Sequence record: NC_047880.1
Strand: one strand, 5' to 3'
DNA: 64,000 bases
A program made the translations under genes and the position numbers. Under the pieces are notes generated by a model. The model saw only the letters and a program-made list of their open reading frames with translations, made no database searches and was not told where the DNA came from. Position 1 is the stretch's first letter, and the number at the start of each line of letters is the position of its first letter. Shown piece by piece: positions 20,201 through 29,429 of the stretch.

Positions 20201-20375
20201 ATATCTTACCGTTACGCAAGTCATCAGAAGGCATATGGTCGAGGACGATTAGTGCTTTACCGCCTTTGGCACTCGTACTGATGCCTTTAAGAATTCGAAC
20301 GCCATCATACGTCTGCACGTCTGCAAACTGTTTGGGAGGGTCGAAGTCGATAGCTATGTGCTTGGTCTTCACCAT
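17211..20375 (-). CDS. polA: Family-A DNA polymerase with an N-terminal UDG-like domain and a 3'-5' exonuclease
   Basis: ExoI VDTETE, ExoII NAKFD, ExoIII YAGLD; TGRTSASDPNLQQVP, motif A VDYSAHEVR, motif B RNAVKTVIFGLIY, motif C VSVHDSL. Confidence 0.95.
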   Translation of the reverse strand: MVKTKHIAIDFDPPKQFADVQTYDGVRILKGISTSAKGGKALIVLDHMPSDDLRNGKIFSSTEGELFLNQVQYLEDVFRTKTTLDDWNFLVISYNMFKTYEKTEQYKDDADAAFAERLKGIIVDYKPDYVLTFGKAPFKALNNEKIQFSKEHYEHWYGVEIPTKVKADGRKHSFIHLPNVSYNIVLNPGLISASSYTIGYMSRWMLPWLNKGMKYKIDTVTCGKKRNWDLVYVTKVKQLEKILKRMKRAKKVAVDTETENLNRIKNKILTVQLSDDGKKAYVIPVYHKDSPFSPKELRKIKEMFRDYFEENENDYQIYTNAKFDLNVMRSNFGIRSYAADVWDIQAGEFAFDENAKSLLSVTGQGYYNLANLTMQYGCTVYHEVSFGKEMRATIADVELDENVQEYAGLDVIIPFRITEKQIQRARDIKYKKYESMVREQISDQIHAFSILEVTGAGADIDYLFKLNLPNSPINEEIRNVEREFMSSPEVRAANKAICVDDNVPKMGLMGAVEVTKFDMSKSEHKQVLFFDVMKLKPLKESDSQVRENGKKAGKLDKDFQAAYADVTIVALYTKLGKAYKLKNAYVNSLLKLWGTSDDFRHDRSIRPTYSYLKVVTGRTSASDPNLQQVPSRSEMGKLIKRILISRKNRLLIKVDYSAHEVRGWSIISGDQGVADVFEQGRKLRHRYRTVPDPWISHLVEVEGDVHKINAAYFFGIPVMEVTKAIRNAVKTVIFGLIYQQGDKGLAKSTGRDVKEIVEIKSKFLDRFPIGLKWFDKIKKFAHENFFVESPVGRRRHLWGFMLPESHKESNIVHAACDRRAVNSPVQGFGSDLMMSAIRILDRMKYEYWKSHGEYPDFDMNVSVHDSLTVDCDYKWIFLALDMIERAMTSAVVEVVQQRHPGFEFTSVPEIDFEIGATEKDVKGWDFSFTNLRKLITNGLIIKRDELNEPDLDVEATTDSIMEDQYHLMSDWMQKQLWANNIKIRSMSKVNPLTNKDKKNIELWQKELPKNTKMFEKYEAEEAAKKAAASVDGAKKKIKISSKLLKSALKGITKK

Positions 20376-20404
20376 CTAGTCCTATGAGTATCAGTGATGG
20401 TTGT

Positions 20405-20413
20405 TATTTACAG
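20405..20413 (-). promoter_or_regulatory. Class-B motif CTGTAAATA
   Basis: Before the DNA polymerase gene. Confidence 0.7.
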
Positions 20414-20424
20414 ATTTAGAAATG

Positions 20425-20450
20425 AAAATGGGCAGCCGAAGCCACCCATG
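20425..20450 (-). terminator. Intrinsic terminator (GGGTGGCTTCGGCTGCCC family)
   Basis: Hairpin with a UUCG loop followed by ATTTT. Confidence 0.8.
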
Positions 20451-20457
20451 TATTCAT

Positions 20458-21684
20458 TTATTGTGCGAACTTTTTCAGTGTTTTTTCCAGTGCCGCGTAG
20501 AACTCGTCATAGGTCTTAAACACACCCTGCTGTTTGAAATGATTCATAGGCAGGTCAGTAGGCAGTTCACCGCCGTCGCGTGTCCACGTAACGATTGTGT
20601 ACATGCCACTACCTTTCAGATCACGCAGATTATCAGTGAAGCCGTTGCTCTTACCGAACAGAACACCAGACTTGGCTTGACTGTCGTTCAGACCGATAGC
20701 AACTTCTGAACCACCGTAGCTCGCTTCGAAAGCATAGGTCTTACTGTTCTTAGGCTTGAGGCCGAAGATTGACAGCAGGTTCTTCGCATCGCTATGCGCA
20801 CCACGCTCAGAAGAGGTGGTATCTTGAATCTGTTCAAACAGCATGTTCATGTCATACTGCTTTTTAGAGTTCTTCGCAGCAGCGCCAGAACTAATCAGAC
20901 CCTTAATGCCTTTAGCCAGAGTAGCAGCAGTCGGACGTTTGAAGTCTTGTCCTACAAAGATACCGCCAGACTTATCGACGCATGAGATCTGCCATGTAGC
21001 AGCACCTTTACTTGTGCGTGAATTGAATGGCGGGTCGATGGACACTGACTTATATTTAGCGCTAGGGTTCTGCGCTTCAAACGTCCACGGACTTGACTGA
21101 CCGTTCGTTTCTGAGTAATGACCGACGAAGGCCAAACCAGTTGCAGAAGAGAGTTGAGCAGCAATGGCATCAATCTTGGCTTGATTGATGGTTTCCATAG
21201 TGCGACCAGTGACTGTAGCCAAATCAACTTTAGGAAGCGCTGCATTTTTGTCTACGCGAGTAGCAACAACTTTTACTTTCTCGGTAGGCTTACCGACAGC
21301 AGCCGCGTCTTCTTTGACAGGGCGAGTTGTCTTAGAAGGTGTGATGTTACCCGCAGTTACCTTGATACGGATAGCGCGTAACGCATTGATGGTAGCCACC
21401 AGCGTCTTAGCTTTGTACAGGTTCTTTACGGCAGTAACGAGAGTCTTACCAGAAGCCTTCTTCATGAAAGCAGTGGCAGTCGCTTCGTCAGCAATCACAT
21501 CAAAGATAGCGGAGAGTTTTGACGTCTCCAGCTCTTTGATTTTGATCAGTTCTTCGAGACGCTTGAGAATGATAGCGGAGTTGCGTCCGAACAGGATTGC
21601 ACCTGTTTCAATCTGCTTTTTAGTAACAGCAGAAGTGGATTCAACAACATCCCCATCGAGATTACCCAATTTAATCAGAGACAT
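20458..21684 (-). CDS. Putative head-internal protein with an N-terminal ESTSA tag
   Basis: MSLIKLGNLDGDVVESTSA matches the shared N-terminal motif family. Confidence 0.6.
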   Translation of the reverse strand: MSLIKLGNLDGDVVESTSAVTKKQIETGAILFGRNSAIILKRLEELIKIKELETSKLSAIFDVIADEATATAFMKKASGKTLVTAVKNLYKAKTLVATINALRAIRIKVTAGNITPSKTTRPVKEDAAAVGKPTEKVKVVATRVDKNAALPKVDLATVTGRTMETINQAKIDAIAAQLSSATGLAFVGHYSETNGQSSPWTFEAQNPSAKYKSVSIDPPFNSRTSKGAATWQISCVDKSGGIFVGQDFKRPTAATLAKGIKGLISSGAAAKNSKKQYDMNMLFEQIQDTTSSERGAHSDAKNLLSIFGLKPKNSKTYAFEASYGGSEVAIGLNDSQAKSGVLFGKSNGFTDNLRDLKGSGMYTIVTWTRDGGELPTDLPMNHFKQQGVFKTYDEFYAALEKTLKKFAQ

Positions 21685-21693
21685 GTTCGTTCC

Positions 21694-22242
21694 TTATTTG
21701 CGCTTTTTAGTCCAGTTGCTGTTATGGTTGTTGCGGTTCTGATTTTGAGTATCATCAGCGCCGTCATCAATCTCTTCGTCTTCTTCGGGCTCGTCTTCTA
21801 ACTCAGGCTCGGCTTCGGCCTCAATCTTTGACGTGTCGAGCACTTGCGCCTGCAGTGGTTGCTGCGATACAGTGCTTGCAACAGCAACATGCTCAGGTGC
21901 TTTCTGTTCTTCAACAGGCTTATCACCAAACACATGAGCGTGAACGTGGTCGCAAGTAAGCAGTGCGCCTTTCTCTTTCAGAATGGCTTGTGCGCGTTCT
22001 TCATCCCAATTAGCCCAAATAATATCAAGGCCTTTGTACGCATAGTGCATACCTTTAGGCAGCTTGCCACGTCCGTTGAATGGCAGACCATTCGAAGGTA
22101 CGGCAGGCTCGAACTCGTCAAGCATTTCCCACTTGCGTTTCGCTTCGATGCACTTAGGGCCCCACACACCATCGCACTGGCCATCGTACAGGCCAAGCAA
22201 TGTCATGATGATTTGAATCTTCTGATAGAAGGTACTAAGCAT
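21694..22242 (-). CDS. Peptidoglycan-binding-domain (PGBD-like) protein with an acidic tail
   Basis: IQIIMTLLGLYDGQCDGVWGPKCIEAKRKWE matches the PG_binding_1 pattern (Q..L..LGY..G..DG..G..T..A...FQ). Confidence 0.6.
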   Translation of the reverse strand: MLSTFYQKIQIIMTLLGLYDGQCDGVWGPKCIEAKRKWEMLDEFEPAVPSNGLPFNGRGKLPKGMHYAYKGLDIIWANWDEERAQAILKEKGALLTCDHVHAHVFGDKPVEEQKAPEHVAVASTVSQQPLQAQVLDTSKIEAEAEPELEDEPEEDEEIDDGADDTQNQNRNNHNSNWTKKRK

Positions 22243-22259
22243 TGATATGTCCTCTGTGA

Positions 22260-22280
22260 AGAAGGGGCCGAAGCCCCATT
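22260..22280 (-). terminator. Intrinsic terminator after the SNF2 gene
   Basis: GGGGC-TTCG-GCCCC followed by TTCTT. Confidence 0.7.
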
Positions 22281-22283
22281 CTA

Positions 22284-25200
22284 TTATACCGACTTGTTCT
22301 TAGAAGCAGTCAGTTTCAACTTGTCGAGCGACTGGATGCACTTCTTCAAGTTCGTGATAGTGTAACCTGCTTTCACGATCTTGTTGATGCGAGCCTTAGC
22401 ACCAGAGACGTTTTTCACGAAACCAATCCACATGCCGGTAGCAATATCAAACGTACCGAACTTACGAGTGTTCGGAACTTTGGTGCCAACGAAACGTTTC
22501 ATTTTCGGGTTCGTGTTCAGGTCGAACATGATGCGCAGACGATCTTCCATCACCATCGGATATGCCTTGACGTGTTGCTTGTCGTTAGCAGTCTTGTGGC
22601 GTACAAGGAAGAACTGTTTCAACTGCGATTGCAGCTTAACAGCCAGCTTGTAGTTGAAGCTCAGACGCGGTGTTGATTCGTCGAAACTGTCCATGATGAA
22701 CTCAAGACGTTTAGCCGATGCGTTATCGAATTCCAATTTCTTGGAGTAGATGAAGTCCATCATCTTTTCGAAGTCCGCATAGTAAGCACAGTCGAAGTAG
22801 ACGTAATCACCAAACTCGGTGAAGTCGAAGTCTTTCAGTGCTTTCGCGTCAGGGTCTGTCGCGTCTGCATACAGCGCTACGAAGCCGTTGTATACGGTAG
22901 GCGTCAGGTCCATTGCCATGTCAGTACCGCTATCATCAAGAGCAATGATGCTGGCACCAGGCTTGGCTTTACGCACAGTGTTCGGCAGTGGAGGCAATTC
23001 AGATGCACGGCGACGGCGTACTTTGCCCGCTGCTTCCTGAACACCTTCATTAACAGGCTTACCTGCTGCTACGTTCTCACGGCGCTTCTTAACGCGAACG
23101 GTCTTGCGTTCCTGAATCTCAACCTTCTCTTCTGTAGCGCGAGTGTCAGCAGTCTGTGATTCATCGGCGATGGTGTCTTCGACTTCAACACGACTTGCTT
23201 CCGCTTCGGCACGTTTGCGATCTTGAGCAGTAGCCCAAGGCTTACGCACAGAGAAGAACTTCTTGAGATCTGCTTTGCCCACAGCAGTAGCAACGTGGAC
23301 TTTGTTTGCAGGAACAGTAACGAGATCTTCTGTACCAGACAAACGCACACGCACTGTGGTGATAGGCGAGTCAGCACGGAGTTTACCGTCAACAACACGA
23401 GCAGTAACACCGACAATCAGACCATTACCGAATTCAGTAACGACAGGCATCTTGTCCATCGCTGCTTTCATCATCGGACCGTCCGCGAAGTTCTGGTTAC
23501 GTGCCCAATCCAGCAGACGCTGTAAGCCCCAGCCATGACGGTCTGGAATCTTCTGGTTTGCTACGACAGGCGCTTGCTCCAGTACGCGGAAGTTTTTCAG
23601 AGGCGGTGTTTCAGGCAGAGGCATCATTGCTGCAACTGTCGTTGTACGCATCTCGTGGAACTCTTGCGATTCGATATCGTTCAGGTCTTTCTTCGCACGG
23701 AAGTATTCGATGAAGTCTTCCATCGTGTTGTTATCGATCAACAACTTCGCGCTCATTTTGATCGGGTCAAGCTTGTATTCGTCCAGCTTGTCGTACTTAG
23801 GATTACCCTTTTCATCGAAGCGGGTTTTCTCAAGCGTCTTCCACATCAGACGAGCAACCTTACCAACTTCTAAGGTCTTGTTCGTCATCACCCAGTCAAT
23901 GAATACGACTTCACGAGGCATATCACCAGGCTTACCGTTTTCATCAAGTTGCGCAGCAGAAACATCAGGACGGAAGATACGAGCAGTAGACTGATCGTAA
24001 GTACCTGGTGACCACGGTGTATCACAGCGGATAATACGACTACCCATCTGCATGTTGTGGCCTTCACTGATAGCCTGTTCGTTCGCAATCAGAATCTGAA
24101 CAGCGTTGTCAGTTTTGAATGCGTCGAGGTTAGCGTCTTTGCTCTGGCCGAGCTTACCGACTTCGCCGTGATAGAGAGCAGCAATTTTCTTGTAGTTCTC
24201 TGGCAGTGCGTTGTAGATAGCGTTAGCAGCACGAACATAGCGAGTGAAGACAATCAGCTTACCTTGTGTTTCAGGCTTCCAGTAATCTGGATCATCACTT
24301 GGTGGAACGTTGGACGGCGGCAGATACTGACGTTTGAACGCATCGGTCTGCTTACGCGCAAGATACTTCTGACCTTGATAGACAGCAATATCCAGCTCAC
24401 GAGGTTCTACGCCCGGACGCCATTCGAAGATCTGTTGGTCAGACTGATTGTTTGGATCAGTATCACGCTCAGGCTGTACTTCGAAGTGTTTCTTAATACG
24501 GTTGATGATAGCGACAACTTTCGCACTGACAAAGTTAGTCACACCAGCATCTTCAAACGTCAGGCGCGCTACGTCATCACCCATTGGGTCAGTCAGTAAC
24601 ATTTCCATACGCTGGAAGTACATGTTCAGGTCAGCGTTACCTGCGAGCAGCGCACCGAGATCATCACCTTCTTCAATCTCAGATACGTCGATGCCGCTTT
24701 CTTCATCTGGACCATCTGCATCACCACCGTCATCTTCGTCGTCTTCCATCGCACGTCTACGCGCTTTAGCCGAGTTAGATGCCTCTTGCAGTTTCTCCAA
24801 CACTTGAGAGTACATCGCTTGATATACTTCCATGTGCAAGTTGGAGTTAGGCACAGATGGATCATCAATCTCTACCTGAATGAAGGTGTCGATTGGGTTA
24901 GGCAGCATGAACGCCCAGTGCTTACGCTTGAACTGAATGAACGCTGTGTGGTTTGCCATACGTGAGTGAGCACGACGAATCATTTCGATATCGTCTTTCG
25001 CACCGTCATACGCTACGTCGAGTGAGTCACCGAACATAGCAGGTGTCATCAACGCGGCTTGACCAACAATGTCACGCACACGGTCTGTTACCAACGTACC
25101 AGTAGCGATACGCGCATAACGAACAGAAGGCGCAGTGAATACCGCTTTCGTGTTGAAGTGCACCTGACTACCAGACTGACCACCGCTGTAGTTCTTAACT

Positions 25201-28139
25201 TTGTGCGACTCATCCAGCAACACGTAGCTGAAATTGAAGCGGTTAACGAACTCAACAGCACCACGTACGCGAATACGGACGCCACCGATATCAACGTCGA
25301 TTGTACCTGTTTGCAGGAAGCTCAGGCCAACGATGAAGATGGTGTTCTGTGGAGCTTGAGAGATAACATCGTACAGACGTTCTTCGCCCCAAGTGTTCAC
25401 AGTGTCAGAAGTAATAGGCACTGCGTTCCAACCGTCTGCGATCTTATGCAGGTCATCACACCAGTTAGCAACAAGGTTAGACGGACAGATGATCAGAGGA
25501 CGAATGTTCTCTTCACCCAAGTCGTTCAACTCTTGAATGGTTGCAGCGATATCGGTCAGGCCGATAATCGTTTTACCACCACCGGGCGCGATAAAGATAG
25601 TCGCATAACGAGGACGTTTACGCAGAGTCTTGTGCGCTTCGAGCTGGTGAGGCAGCAGAGCAGAACCCGCTTTCAGACCAGGAATACGAATGTCTTCGAT
25701 AGTGATTGAACTATCAGGCTGGAGCTTATCAATTTCGTTTTCAGCCGCTTCGAAGATTTCCAGAGACTTAGGAATAACGTCGCTGTACATCGTTGCGAAT
25801 GGCAGGATGATTTGTTGCAGACGATCAGAAGCTGGAGCAGTGTCAGAACCCGCGAGAGAACTGAACAGCGCTTTACGATCACCGTTCTTAATCGCTTCAC
25901 ACATCTGGCGATACAGAGCACCACCGAAGTAGTTGTTCAGTCGAGCCATGTCCATCAGCTTAGAACCAGAACCCATCACGAAGTAGTGCGTGTGAGAAGG
26001 CATTGATTCCATTGCAGTGGTCATGTCACCAGATTCAGCGATTGACTGTGCAGCCAAGTTAGAGCCACGCAGACCGGACGCATCGTTCAGTACGCGAATC
26101 ATAATACGCAACATAGTCAGCGCAGGACGATCGTTCGCAATCTCAGGAACGGAGAAGTCGTTCTCAACAAGATTCTGATACAAGCTCTTGTCCATAGGAC
26201 TTTCGTCGAGAGAAGCGTTCTCTGCATCCATACCAACAGAAGCACGGGCGGACTGTACGAGGCTACGCAGGTCAGTAACGTTCTTACTGCCGAGCATGAA
26301 CTCGTAGGTCTGACAGGTCTGTGCGATGATGTTCAGCAACTCGAATACTTTGCTGTTCTCCGTAGAGTTAAACACAATACGGTTTTCAGTAACACCATCA
26401 ATCAGTCGGCCACGGCCTTGCTCTGCTTTCGCAGCTTCGATCAACAGATCGTTAGCAGGCTTGAATGACACCATACCAGAAGAACTCTGGTTTGAACTGA
26501 TTGCTGCGATAACAGACGACGCAGAACGGAAGTTCGGTGCTTCACCAGGTTGAGCGAAGTCATAACCAAGTGAGTCAGCAACGTCCAGTGCAGAAGGTGC
26601 TTTCATACCAACTGTACGGGTTTCTGAAACAGACAGACCACCACCGTTAGACGTGTTCACTACCAGCGCAAAGTCAGGGTCGATGCCGATACAGATGTTG
26701 CTGAATCGTGCGAGTGATTTCGCTTTGGTCTGAATGTCTTTGTCGAAGTCGAGGTTCTTGTTCTGAATCGCGTAGATGTTTGTACGCAATGTATCGTGGT
26801 CAGTAGACAACGGTACGCCTTTCTCAAACAAGTCTTCCAGCACTTGGTTCAGCGTAGACTCATACGACTTAACCATTTCGACGTCAATCTGGTCGCGTGT
26901 AGGCAGCACAGACAGCGTACCGTTCGGCATGATAGTCATACCGTTATCGTCAGCAACAACATCATGCACACCGTAGCCGAACTTCTCACGAAGCGTTTTC
27001 AGCATAGGCAGCATTGTGGCAGACGTAACGTAACGCGGGATACGCGCAGCACGACGAATACCAGTACGAGTTGTGTTAGACACACGGAAGTAGTACGAAC
27101 TCCAACCCTGGAACCAGCGATACAGACACATGGTCTGGGCTTCTGCGCCTTGAGAAATGTATTCAACCATTTCTTTTTCGAGGCTAACAATCAGACCACC
27201 TTCTGCACGGACGTCAGTTTTGAGTGCAACGTCATTGAACTCAACAGGTGTATCGTTGCTGATCTTCATCGCCTGAATTTTGCGATCAAGCATTGCTTTG
27301 CCCGGAATCGAACGAACACCAATCATCATGAAGTCGCCTAAGGCATCGACAACATTTTTATCCAGATTAGCGAACAGGTCGATATCGAGACGGTTCATTG
27401 ACGGGTCGATTGAACGCAAAAGCGCGTTATAGATAGACCAGTCTTTGTCGAGAGGTACACGGACTACTTTGGTATCAAAGGCGTTTGCGTTTGTACGTGC
27501 TTCACCGAAGATATCTTTATACAGAGTACGTGCTGCTTCGATAGCGCGTTGTGCGATATCAGAGCTGTACACGTTCATGTTGGTTGATTCGAACTGTGCG
27601 TCTTTATCGACACGCGGACGGTCTGAACCAGCATCACCTAACAGGTTGAAGTTACCATAACCAGCCAGAGGGCTAGTTGCACACGGCGTACCGGCCATGA
27701 TGATATCTTTACCGCCAGGGAAGCGCGTACTGTTTTCGATGATAGCGCCAGATGTTCCGCCGAGATGCTGACTCAAAGAGTTCTTGATCTCACGGCTCAA
27801 CTTACTACCATTGAGCTGGGTATTGATACGCATGGTCGCCATTTCGATATTCGCTTTAACACGCTTCACGAAATCATCAGGACTTACTTCCAGCATATCT
27901 TCGAATTCAGCACCGTGAGCAACGATGTAGTTGATCAGGTCGAAGGCCGCATAGATACGAGAGACAGTTGCAGCAGCAAACAGCGCAAGCGGTTCATAGT
28001 AATGACGCGCTTTACTGTTGGTGTACATCTTCGTCATCTTCGCATCAAACTCAGGAGGCAAGGACTTAACAGCAAGAGCCTCATTGAATGATTCGGCAAT
28101 TTGCTGAGTAGCCGTAGCGGACGTACTGATATTAATCAT
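22284..28139 (-). CDS. Giant SNF2-family helicase/translocase (1951 aa)
   Basis: APGGGKT, LLDESHKVKN, IATGT, LIVFTRY, ISEGHNMQ, PWSP..YDQSTARIFR; long unique N- and C-terminal extensions. Confidence 0.85.
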   Translation of the reverse strand: MINISTSATATQQIAESFNEALAVKSLPPEFDAKMTKMYTNSKARHYYEPLALFAAATVSRIYAAFDLINYIVAHGAEFEDMLEVSPDDFVKRVKANIEMATMRINTQLNGSKLSREIKNSLSQHLGGTSGAIIENSTRFPGGKDIIMAGTPCATSPLAGYGNFNLLGDAGSDRPRVDKDAQFESTNMNVYSSDIAQRAIEAARTLYKDIFGEARTNANAFDTKVVRVPLDKDWSIYNALLRSIDPSMNRLDIDLFANLDKNVVDALGDFMMIGVRSIPGKAMLDRKIQAMKISNDTPVEFNDVALKTDVRAEGGLIVSLEKEMVEYISQGAEAQTMCLYRWFQGWSSYYFRVSNTTRTGIRRAARIPRYVTSATMLPMLKTLREKFGYGVHDVVADDNGMTIMPNGTLSVLPTRDQIDVEMVKSYESTLNQVLEDLFEKGVPLSTDHDTLRTNIYAIQNKNLDFDKDIQTKAKSLARFSNICIGIDPDFALVVNTSNGGGLSVSETRTVGMKAPSALDVADSLGYDFAQPGEAPNFRSASSVIAAISSNQSSSGMVSFKPANDLLIEAAKAEQGRGRLIDGVTENRIVFNSTENSKVFELLNIIAQTCQTYEFMLGSKNVTDLRSLVQSARASVGMDAENASLDESPMDKSLYQNLVENDFSVPEIANDRPALTMLRIMIRVLNDASGLRGSNLAAQSIAESGDMTTAMESMPSHTHYFVMGSGSKLMDMARLNNYFGGALYRQMCEAIKNGDRKALFSSLAGSDTAPASDRLQQIILPFATMYSDVIPKSLEIFEAAENEIDKLQPDSSITIEDIRIPGLKAGSALLPHQLEAHKTLRKRPRYATIFIAPGGGKTIIGLTDIAATIQELNDLGEENIRPLIICPSNLVANWCDDLHKIADGWNAVPITSDTVNTWGEERLYDVISQAPQNTIFIVGLSFLQTGTIDVDIGGVRIRVRGAVEFVNRFNFSYVLLDESHKVKNYSGGQSGSQVHFNTKAVFTAPSVRYARIATGTLVTDRVRDIVGQAALMTPAMFGDSLDVAYDGAKDDIEMIRRAHSRMANHTAFIQFKRKHWAFMLPNPIDTFIQVEIDDPSVPNSNLHMEVYQAMYSQVLEKLQEASNSAKARRRAMEDDEDDGGDADGPDEESGIDVSEIEEGDDLGALLAGNADLNMYFQRMEMLLTDPMGDDVARLTFEDAGVTNFVSAKVVAIINRIKKHFEVQPERDTDPNNQSDQQIFEWRPGVEPRELDIAVYQGQKYLARKQTDAFKRQYLPPSNVPPSDDPDYWKPETQGKLIVFTRYVRAANAIYNALPENYKKIAALYHGEVGKLGQSKDANLDAFKTDNAVQILIANEQAISEGHNMQMGSRIIRCDTPWSPGTYDQSTARIFRPDVSAAQLDENGKPGDMPREVVFIDWVMTNKTLEVGKVARLMWKTLEKTRFDEKGNPKYDKLDEYKLDPIKMSAKLLIDNNTMEDFIEYFRAKKDLNDIESQEFHEMRTTTVAAMMPLPETPPLKNFRVLEQAPVVANQKIPDRHGWGLQRLLDWARNQNFADGPMMKAAMDKMPVVTEFGNGLIVGVTARVVDGKLRADSPITTVRVRLSGTEDLVTVPANKVHVATAVGKADLKKFFSVRKPWATAQDRKRAEAEASRVEVEDTIADESQTADTRATEEKVEIQERKTVRVKKRRENVAAGKPVNEGVQEAAGKVRRRRASELPPLPNTVRKAKPGASIIALDDSGTDMAMDLTPTVYNGFVALYADATDPDAKALKDFDFTEFGDYVYFDCAYYADFEKMMDFIYSKKLEFDNASAKRLEFIMDSFDESTPRLSFNYKLAVKLQSQLKQFFLVRHKTANDKQHVKAYPMVMEDRLRIMFDLNTNPKMKRFVGTKVPNTRKFGTFDIATGMWIGFVKNVSGAKARINKIVKAGYTITNLKKCIQSLDKLKLTASKNKSV

Positions 28140-28636
28140 TAGTCACCCAGTTTAATGTAGTTTTGAATCACTGACTGCCAAACATCTGGAACAGGCAGGC
28201 GACGATCGGCCGCGATATCAGACAGCACATGAGCCATCGCATATGCACGAACCGGTTTCAATCCTTCGAAAACGTCACGAGTGAACATTGAAGTCAGTTG
28301 CTCGTTGGTCAATGACGAGAACATATTCCGATATTCAGACAGGTAGTTGCTGTATGCGCCGTCTTCAACAGGAGTTGTGTCAGGCGTACTCTGAATGTAC
28401 AGCAAAGTCTTTGCCATTGCATCCATAATAAGCAACAGGTCTTGTTGATCAAACGGTTGAACATCAGGAACACCGAGAGAACCCATGAGTTCAAGCACGG
28501 ATTGCGGCAGTTGAATCGGCTCACGCGATTCTGAAATGGACTCAAGAATACTCCCAGCCGCACCTGCATAAGAACGATCACTTTGCGAGATGCTGGTCAG
28601 AAGTGTTGTGAGTCGCTTATTAACTTCTAAGGTCAC
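28139..28636 (-). CDS. Hypothetical protein
   Basis: RBS AGGAG, GTG start; TAATG overlap with the SNF2 gene. Confidence 0.7.
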   Translation of the reverse strand: MTLEVNKRLTTLLTSISQSDRSYAGAAGSILESISESREPIQLPQSVLELMGSLGVPDVQPFDQQDLLLIMDAMAKTLLYIQSTPDTTPVEDGAYSNYLSEYRNMFSSLTNEQLTSMFTRDVFEGLKPVRAYAMAHVLSDIAADRRLPVPDVWQSVIQNYIKLGD

Positions 28637-28646
28637 GGTTCTTCTC

Positions 28647-29429
28647 CTAAATGAAAATGCTCCTGACTAAACTGTTGAGTTTCTTCTCGATCATGTGGCG
28701 TCGATTAGAACCTAAGAAACAGCACAGTCGGCGGGATTGTATGTGTATCGCAAACGCATTACCTTTGACGCGCATACACTCAACACCGATATCCAAATTC
28801 CACAAATGCCACAGTCTCGAATCGAGCATGGCCTGATGGATTGAGGGGTAGGTATCTGTCACAACAGGCGTAGGAGACTTTGCCAGTTTCATTGTCAAAT
28901 TATCAGTTTTAAACAATGCTTTCGGTCGTTTGTTCGAAAACCAGTAAGGAACTTGCTTGTTCAGCATCTCACCGACTTTCGGGATACCTTTCGTTGTCGT
29001 CTGAGGCACGTACACCAGATAGATATCGATCGTGGTGTTAATGCTGTTAGCGACACGGTTGTATTCGCTACTAGTGCGAGACAACACTTCGGCCAAACGC
29101 AATTGCTTTGAGAACTGAATACGCTGTTGCCACTTCTTGAGTGCTTGGTATTGCAGAGTAAGTAATGCCCTTGCTTCTTTGATCGAAACAGAAGAAGGAC
29201 CGGGAACAGCGCGTATCAGGAACTTCGTTGAAGTCTTAGACAGCGACGACAAGAAGCCTTCAACTACACGCTGCATACCCATTGGTTGAGGCAGTGAGTG
29301 GAATAGATCGACTGCGGTTTGCGTTGTGATATAAGCACCCCAAGCTTCGAGATACTCTGGGTCAACGCAGTCGGGGAAGTTCTTAATCTCAAGACCAACA
29401 TCGGAACCGTATTGACGTAAACGTGTCAC
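28647..29429 (-). CDS. Hypothetical protein
   Basis: RBS GGAGG; overlaps the HNH gene stop. Confidence 0.7.
   Translation of the reverse strand: MTRLRQYGSDVGLEIKNFPDCVDPEYLEAWGAYITTQTAVDLFHSLPQPMGMQRVVEGFLSSLSKTSTKFLIRAVPGPSSVSIKEARALLTLQYQALKKWQQRIQFSKQLRLAEVLSRTSSEYNRVANSINTTIDIYLVYVPQTTTKGIPKVGEMLNKQVPYWFSNKRPKALFKTDNLTMKLAKSPTPVVTDTYPSIHQAMLDSRLWHLWNLDIGVECMRVKGNAFAIHIQSRRLCCFLGSNRRHMIEKKLNSLVRSIFI

Noticed and set aside
17211-20375. DpoZ/2-aminoadenine (Z-genome) polymerase
   Set aside because: No purZ/datZ/mazZ in the window; motif B has the ordinary Phe; nothing supports it
17211-28139. Inteins or introns in polA or the SNF2 gene
   Set aside because: No C/S...HN splice motifs or LAGLIDADG blocks; the catalytic motifs are contiguous
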